Program-made: the position numbers and the translations under genes
Origin: Vitrella brassicaformis CCMP3155
Lineage: Eukaryota > Protista > Chromerida
DNA: 64,000 bases
NCBI GenBank assembly: GCA_001179505.1
Contig: CDMY01000485.1
Span: forward strand, 1 to 64,000
Direction: 5' to 3'
Shown here: in pieces, positions 57,880-64,000 of the stretch
Numbering within the stretch: position 1 is the stretch's first letter
Layout: every line of letters begins with the position of its first letter
Notes under the pieces: generated by a model
Database searches by the model: none
What the model was told of the DNA's origin: nothing
What the model saw: only the letters and a program-made list of their open reading frames with translations

Positions 57880-60800
57880 ACGTGAGGCTCTCACGTACGT
57901 GTCTGCCTGCCGTGCACTCACTGCTGTGCGCCGTGCCGCCCCGAATCTGCAGTGGGGGGCGGCACGGCGAGTGGGGCCATGGTCGGTGTGATGTGGGGAT
58001 GGGCTGCTGGGTGAGGGGGACCGGTGGGTGGTGTCTTGTTGACGTGGTGCGGTTGATCCACTGTACTTTCTCGCCGGTGGTGCTGTGTTGTGCTGCGTGT
58101 GGTGCATGGGACCTCCATGTGTGTGTGCCATACTGACTATGCTATGCTATGGTGTGGTGTGGTGTGAGCTGCTGTGTGAGAGGTGAGGTGAGCTGTGTAT
58201 CTGCGCCTCCTTTTTTTCTGTAGCGGACTGACTGACTGTGAGCGAATCTGAAGAGAGAGAGAGCGACGCCCGTGGGGCTGGACGATAAGAGCGCTGGGGA
58301 CCGATATGACGCTACGCTACGCTATGCTATGCTTTGCCGTGCCATTGGCCTAACACAGACAGACATCCACCACACGCAACCAACCACGGACTAACTGGTT
58401 TCTGCCGATCCACACACATATGCACTCACTCGGTTGCCTATCCTTCTCTGCCGCTCAGCTGCCTGCCTACCTTTTGACCTGGCTGCCACTGCGGTGAATT
58501 GCACACGGTGCCTTGCTGATGCCCTCACTCTATTTTGGATCGTCGCCCCCACACACACGCACCCGACAGAACAGATGACGCGACTGACAGAGATGGACAG
58601 TGGGGGGGCGGGAGTGAGGGGCAGAGGCGATGAGAAGAGAAGAACAGACGAGCCCACGAGACCAGCCAGCCAGGATCGATCAGCCAGCTGGTGCTGCACT
58701 TAGCTTATGTACTGCATGCCTGCAATGCGTCCACCCGTCGCCCTCTCGCTGCCTCTCTGCCTGCCTGCCTGCCTGTGTCGGGCGGCTACATTTGTCAAAA
58801 ACCCATATTGTGCTCACTGCCTGGTCATGTGAAGAATGACGATACCACCCAGCCAACCAGCGGCAAGTGCCATGCCACCGTGAGGGCCGGTCTAGCCAGA
58901 AAGACAGAGAGGCTACTCCCACATGATAGGGGCCGGCCTACCGTGTCGTCGCCTCTGCACATTCATTGTGTGTGTTGGCATCGTGGCACGTCAAGTCGAC
59001 TCACACACAAGCGTGATGGCGGCAGAAGGAGAGGGGGCTGCCGCCCTCCTCAGCATCGACCCCTTTTGACTTGGCTGGCTTGCTTGCTCATGGGCCGAAG
59101 TGACTTGCTCCATGCGAACGCACTGCCTGTCTGTCTGTGTGATGCATCCGTGTGTGATGTGCATGACCGCATGTCTGTGTGTGTCTCTGTCCGTGTGTTG
59201 TGGATTTGGACCATGCACCGTTGGACCACACACATCCCTCCATTCAAACCTTTAAGTGTATCTCTGTCTGTCTCACTGGCGGCGCCACGCGCGGGCAGCC
59301 ATATTCATTTGTGCCGACTTCCAGCCATCCGGTCAGAAACCAAGTGCTTGGGCAGTCACACATTCCTGCATCGACCATCCATCACGTTTGGTGTATCTTG
59401 TTCACCAAGAGGCCGTGCAGTCAGTTGGTGTCTCACGCCGCCTATTTGATCTTCGCCTTGATCTCTTTCATGTGCCCCTCCATCCTTGCCTCCATCTCCG
59501 CCTGTCGTCTGTCCATCTCCGTCAGCCGCTTGTCCATCTGCTTTTCCGTTTGTTTCTGCTCTGTCCGCACCTCCGCGAGTTGTGTCCGCATCTCCCGCAA
59601 GGCTGAGGGGCAAAGAAATGAATGGGCTTCCGAAGAAAAAGAGTGCTCTGCCGTGTACTGCCTCCCTGTGGGTCCTGTCTCACCAGCCATGACATCAGGC
59701 ACGCTCGAGTCGTGATGGTCGGCCGCCTCAATCCACTTGTCGATGCTGTCCTTGAATTTGATCCGTGCTTTGCGTCTCTGATCAGCCATCTCCGAAATGT
59801 CAGTTCCGGTGGCGCCAAAAGAAAACAGCCCCTACCCGAGAGAAACGAGACAAAGCCATTGATTGTCTCATGTGACTTGTCTTAAGTTGACCCTCACTCG
59901 CTGGGCGTATTGGCACAGAAGAAAAAGTGACATCAGGAGGATGACAAGGGGTATGACCAGTACCTCCCAATAGTTCCCTCCCCGTATCAGTCGTGGGAGA
60001 CGCTCCAGCACTTTGTAGATGGCCACGGGTGTGAAGGCGACGGCGAAAAGGAGTCCGTCGACGGTAAAGTACAGAGCCACCATCGACCAGAAGGCAATGC
60101 GGCAGAGTGCCGACTGATGTCGCCGTTGTTCGCTGATGAGGGAGGCGAGATACCGCAGGGGCTCCGACACGACCACAGCTGCACACACACAGATGCCCAC
60201 ATGTGACGGATGCATTTCATGACTCTTGTGGCACCGACCGATGAGGTTGAATGGCGACGGCAGTCGCTCGTGGTGCGGCATTGTCAGATACTCATTCAAC
60301 ACGCGAATACGCAGCAGCCTGCGGAGATGAGCGGAGAGAGGGCCATTATGTGCCGCTGTCTGTCTGTCTGTCTCCCTCGTCCCTGATACTGATATTGTGC
60401 AGCCTGTGTCTCCTCGATGGCCGAATACGTCGACGCCTGACATACACAGAGAAAGATTGAACAGCCACATGGCCCACTCGATTTCCCTTGTATCTCGTGT
60501 CTGTCTCACCATGATGGCGATGAGCAGGTTGAGCTATCGATGGATGCCGGCAGACACAAAGAGAGACAGGGACAACAAAGGGAGTCCTTGTGTGTTGCTG
60601 AGAGAACGAGTGGTTTCGACGTACGAGTATGATGGACGAGAGGATGACGTAAGTGAACAGCAGGACGGCCCCCAGCGTGTCGTGGCTCTCTATGGCGTTG
60701 GTCAGCGCCTCGTTGAACTCACCGAGACCCGCGTAGAAACTGCACAGCACAACAAGACAGAGAGAGGCAGGTGTCCCTTTCCTCTGTGTCTTCTCATGAG

Positions 60801-63680
60801 GTCCCATGCGCACAGAGTGAGTGTGGCTTTGGGGAAGGAGCCGAAGTACTGGTGGTCTTCGTCGGACGAGAGGACGGTGAAGACGCCCGCGAAGACCAGC
60901 AGGATGTAGACGTACAGACACAGAAACATGCTGATGTCCGAAAACATCCTCACAACCGCACTGACACACACACACCACACACAGCATCAGACGCCTCTCT
61001 CTGTGTGTCTGTGTGGCTCCCTTTCACTGACAGTATGAGTGGCCCCACGGTTGGCTGCAGGCTGGCGGTTTGCAGGAGGCGCAGCGCAAAGAGCAGCGCT
61101 ATGACGATCAATGAGCTCACTTCCGCCTCGGCAGAGTAGCCCAGGAAGTGGACGGCAATAAAGGCAGTGATCGCCAGGCTTGAAGACATGTCGATGACAT
61201 TCCTGTGCAGTGATGTATGCCATAAAGATGAGGTCGCCAGTATGGTTGTCTCTGCATTTCGGACTCGTACCATGAGTCGGCCCAGTAGGCTGCCTTCAGG
61301 CGGACGCCCTGCAGACACACAGAGGGGATGTCGTCGTTTCTCAGTCATGTCTCCCGATCTATCTCACTTGGAAGGCCTCCTGAATCACGAAGCCGATGCC
61401 GGTCAGCACTGCCCCCCACAGCCACACCGACTGGCCCATCACGGCACTCTCAATCACGCCGCTGTCTCCTCTGATCGACTCGATGTGCAGCAGCACAAAG
61501 GCCACCCTGCAACACACACAGACAAGAGGTGCCATGCGCTTTCTCTGCCTCCATCGTGGTCCATGTCTGTCGTCTTACATCAGCAGCATTGACAGCACGC
61601 GGGTAATAAAGACATCACGGGGTGCAAACTGAATCCCAAAAAAGTCAGTATGTGGTGGTTGCCAGTGCTTTGTGACGAGAGAGATGCAGTTGGCTGTAAC
61701 AATTATTGGCAGAAGGACGACGCCATGAGCGGATCGACAGCCAAAAGGGTGAGGTCTCTGTGTTGGCTACCTTGAGTCACTACTGTCAGGGGCTCCGCAG
61801 ATTCGAGCAGCGCAAACCACTCTCTCTCTTTGCCCTTAAGTGAGTTTCGGAACAAGTCTTCGTCTGTATCGCTGCAGAAGTTAGCCGTGAGAGCCTGAAC
61901 CGATTGGATAATCACACGCAGAAGCAGAGGACGCCTGTGTGTGTGTGGAACATTTACCTCGTTCCAGCCTGCTGTCTTCTCTAAATCACTGCACACAAAA
62001 CAAAAGGGGAAAAAGGTGCAGACTCGCATTGTGCTCCGATTCTCTGTCCAACTCACTCTGTGAGGGAGTCATTCTGCCGAGACTTAATCAATCGGCGGAA
62101 GGTAGAGCACCAGCGGAGACTGTCGACGCCCAGCGAATCACATCGCCTCAGGCACTGTCCTAAGCCGTATTTCGCGTAGGGGACCGCTTTGGGAAGGAGC
62201 TCTGGATCCTGCAGCACGCTCTCGAGCTTCTCGTCATCTGTCCCCAGGAGCTCCATAGCGACCGCCCCAGCCACGGCAAACATCGCACCAACGAATTTTG
62301 GGTCGTTTGCCCTCACATAGGTTTCCTCGAGGGCAAAATCGAGAGGCGTCCTTCCGTACTGTCAGAGTCACATAACCAGGGACAATACCGAGAAATACCT
62401 CGGCGCAGTGCAGCGTACATTGTTTTTGATCCTCAAGAGCTGTGGGTTCACCCTTAACATCCACTCCACCACATCGACATGGCGATTCCCTGCAGGAGAA
62501 CACAAAGAGACACGTTGAAGACTCATGCCCTTGTGGTTGTCATTTGCAGAAGTGAATGACATGCTGCCCGATGAAGAGGCGTCCAGCCATCCTACAGACA
62601 CAAAATGGAGAAGACATCTGTCAGCTGTTCAATGCACCAGTCGACATTCCTTTATCCTTACGTTGTCCCGAGCCTCCAGCAGTTCCTTTCCGCCCCACTC
62701 GACAAACTTCTCCACAACACCAACTGACCCTTCTCTTGCTGCCAAGTGAAGAGGCGTGTTGCCACCCTACAGACACAGCATGAGGGCAGCAGTGAAGACA
62801 TCGGTCGGCTGATGAGTAGAATCAGTGTAATTGTCGAGCACGATACCCCATCTTTCAGGTTGAGCAGGTGGTGTCGGTTGTGCAGCAGCACCTCAAACAC
62901 CGCCACAGACGAACTTCGCCCTGAGGAGCACACACAGGGGCCACTCAGCTGCATCATCATGTTTGTGTCGTGATGCGAAGAGGCGTACCTGCGGCGTAAT
63001 GGATGGCAGATTCTTCGTTCCGGTAGCCGTATCCAGTCGTCAGCACTTTCTCGGTTTGCTCAGGCAACAGACCGTCGAGGGCCTTCCGCAGGTCCTCCGC
63101 ATCTGACGCATCGATGGCTTTCTTGATGCTGTCTCTCAGTGCATCTGTCGGTTCCCACTCGTCGGCGGCCGGGGCGCCCACCAGGGGGATCTGCAGACGA
63201 CGCACAGACGTCCGAGAGGCCTCAGAGTCGACTGACACCAACACACCTGCTCGAAGCGTCTCGGTGCCTTGGTGATGTCATCGGTGACGTCGGGCAGCTG
63301 GGGCTCCGTCAGCCCTTGGCCATCGTCCTGCAGGAGAGGAATGTGCTCACTCGAGGCCGACGCCATCTGCAGTGGACAGACGCACACAGACACCACTCGT
63401 CAGAGGCAGCCGCTGGTCACTGTGCCACAAGGGCATTGCAGGGTGACCTTGGGATGGTCTGTCTGTGTGTGGTGGATGGCCTGCTGTGCGGCAGCGTCGC
63501 CCTCGTCGACTCTCGGCAGCTGGATGTAGCACGCCTCATCAACACCACTGGGGCGGCTGTGGCCGTCTCGCACACTGCCGCCCCCCCGGCCCTGCACACG
63601 GGGGCTGCGCTGCGTGTGCAGCAAACCCTACATCTTTGCCACACGGGGTCTCCTGGCGCGAGACGCCCACCCCACAACTG
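57880..63680. repeat. Inverted segmental duplication of the TRP channel locus and its downstream DNA
   Basis: The reverse complement matches about 43.0-48.35 kb over exons, introns and 3' non-coding DNA, and also matches 36220-36760. Confidence 0.85.
59442..63633 (-). CDS. Ankyrin-repeat TRP-family cation channel, copy 2 (exon 1 has a nonsense codon; frame open from ATG 63366)
   Basis: Same exon set as copy 1: GNTPLHLAA, GWTPLHRAA, YWADSW, pore FYAGLGEFN, S6 LNLLIAIM, LPSPFNLI, coiled coil ending KEIKAKIK* at 59442. Codon 2 is TAG (63630-63628) where the paralogues have TGG. Confidence 0.8.
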
Positions 63681-64000
63681 GGGCCCCCAGCTGCACGTGC
63701 GAGCTTGAAGTTGGATATGAGCAATTAGGCCTCTTCCCTGCCTTGCCGTGCCTTATGTGTGTGTGGACTCCCTCGCCGGCTAATCGTCATTGGGTGCAAT
63801 ACACACAAAGGTATCTGCCGCCTCTCTCGTGTCTCTAGTGGATGTGTCCTTGTTCATCTCCGCGGGCCTGTGTCTCGGTGTGTCACCTGTAAGCCCGCCT
63901 GTGTGTTGATGTGTGTCGTCGGACTGGTGTGAGTGGTCGATTTATGGAGGACAGACTTAACTAGTGCATTTGAGTATACCAACGAATGCATTCAATGGGT

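Noticed and set aside
40-63838. The many long ORFs in the supplied track that overlap called genes on the opposite strand or in other frames
   Set aside because: They are expected shadow ORFs in GC-rich coding DNA or read-throughs of (GT)n/(CA)n introns (CVCVCV, THTHTH peptides), and show no recognisable motifs.
1-64000. Autonomous transposons, rRNA, tRNA and CRISPR arrays
   Set aside because: I saw no transposase, reverse transcriptase or integrase motifs, no cloverleaf or rRNA signatures, and no repeat-spacer arrays. The repeats here are segmental duplications and microsatellites.

Overview
Intron-rich, GC-rich eukaryotic DNA with short introns and (GT)n/(CA)n tracts next to splice sites. 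Style and gene families suggest the chromerid alga Vitrella brassicaformis, which is an inference not checked by search. The left part holds single-copy housekeeping genes: TPR protein phosphatase 5, an EF-hand membrane protein and PEX16. Most of the window is a recently amplified, rearranged cluster built from three families. (i) Five BTB-BTB(degenerate)-FKBP-like genes, plus two further FKBP-like exons on other N-termini. (ii) Three F-box-like genes. (iii) Three ankyrin-repeat TRP-type channel genes, two with apparently complete channel frames in inverted orientation and one pseudogene. A cassette [BTB-FKBP <- | -> F-box-like -> ankyrin-TRP] is tandemly duplicated at about 28.2-36.8 kb and 36.85-48.3 kb. 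The FKBP-like domains have an invariant framework and three hypervariable loops. Also present are an intronless LinD-like glutathione-dependent dechlorinase homologue (probable bacterial origin), an ARM-repeat gene, a large low-complexity protein with two ubiquitin-like-looking domains spanning a 300-N gap, and a 44-bp-stem hairpin. No rRNA, tRNA or CRISPR array was seen. Gene models were spliced by eye, so exon ends are approximate and all family assignments are from motif recognition, not database searches.
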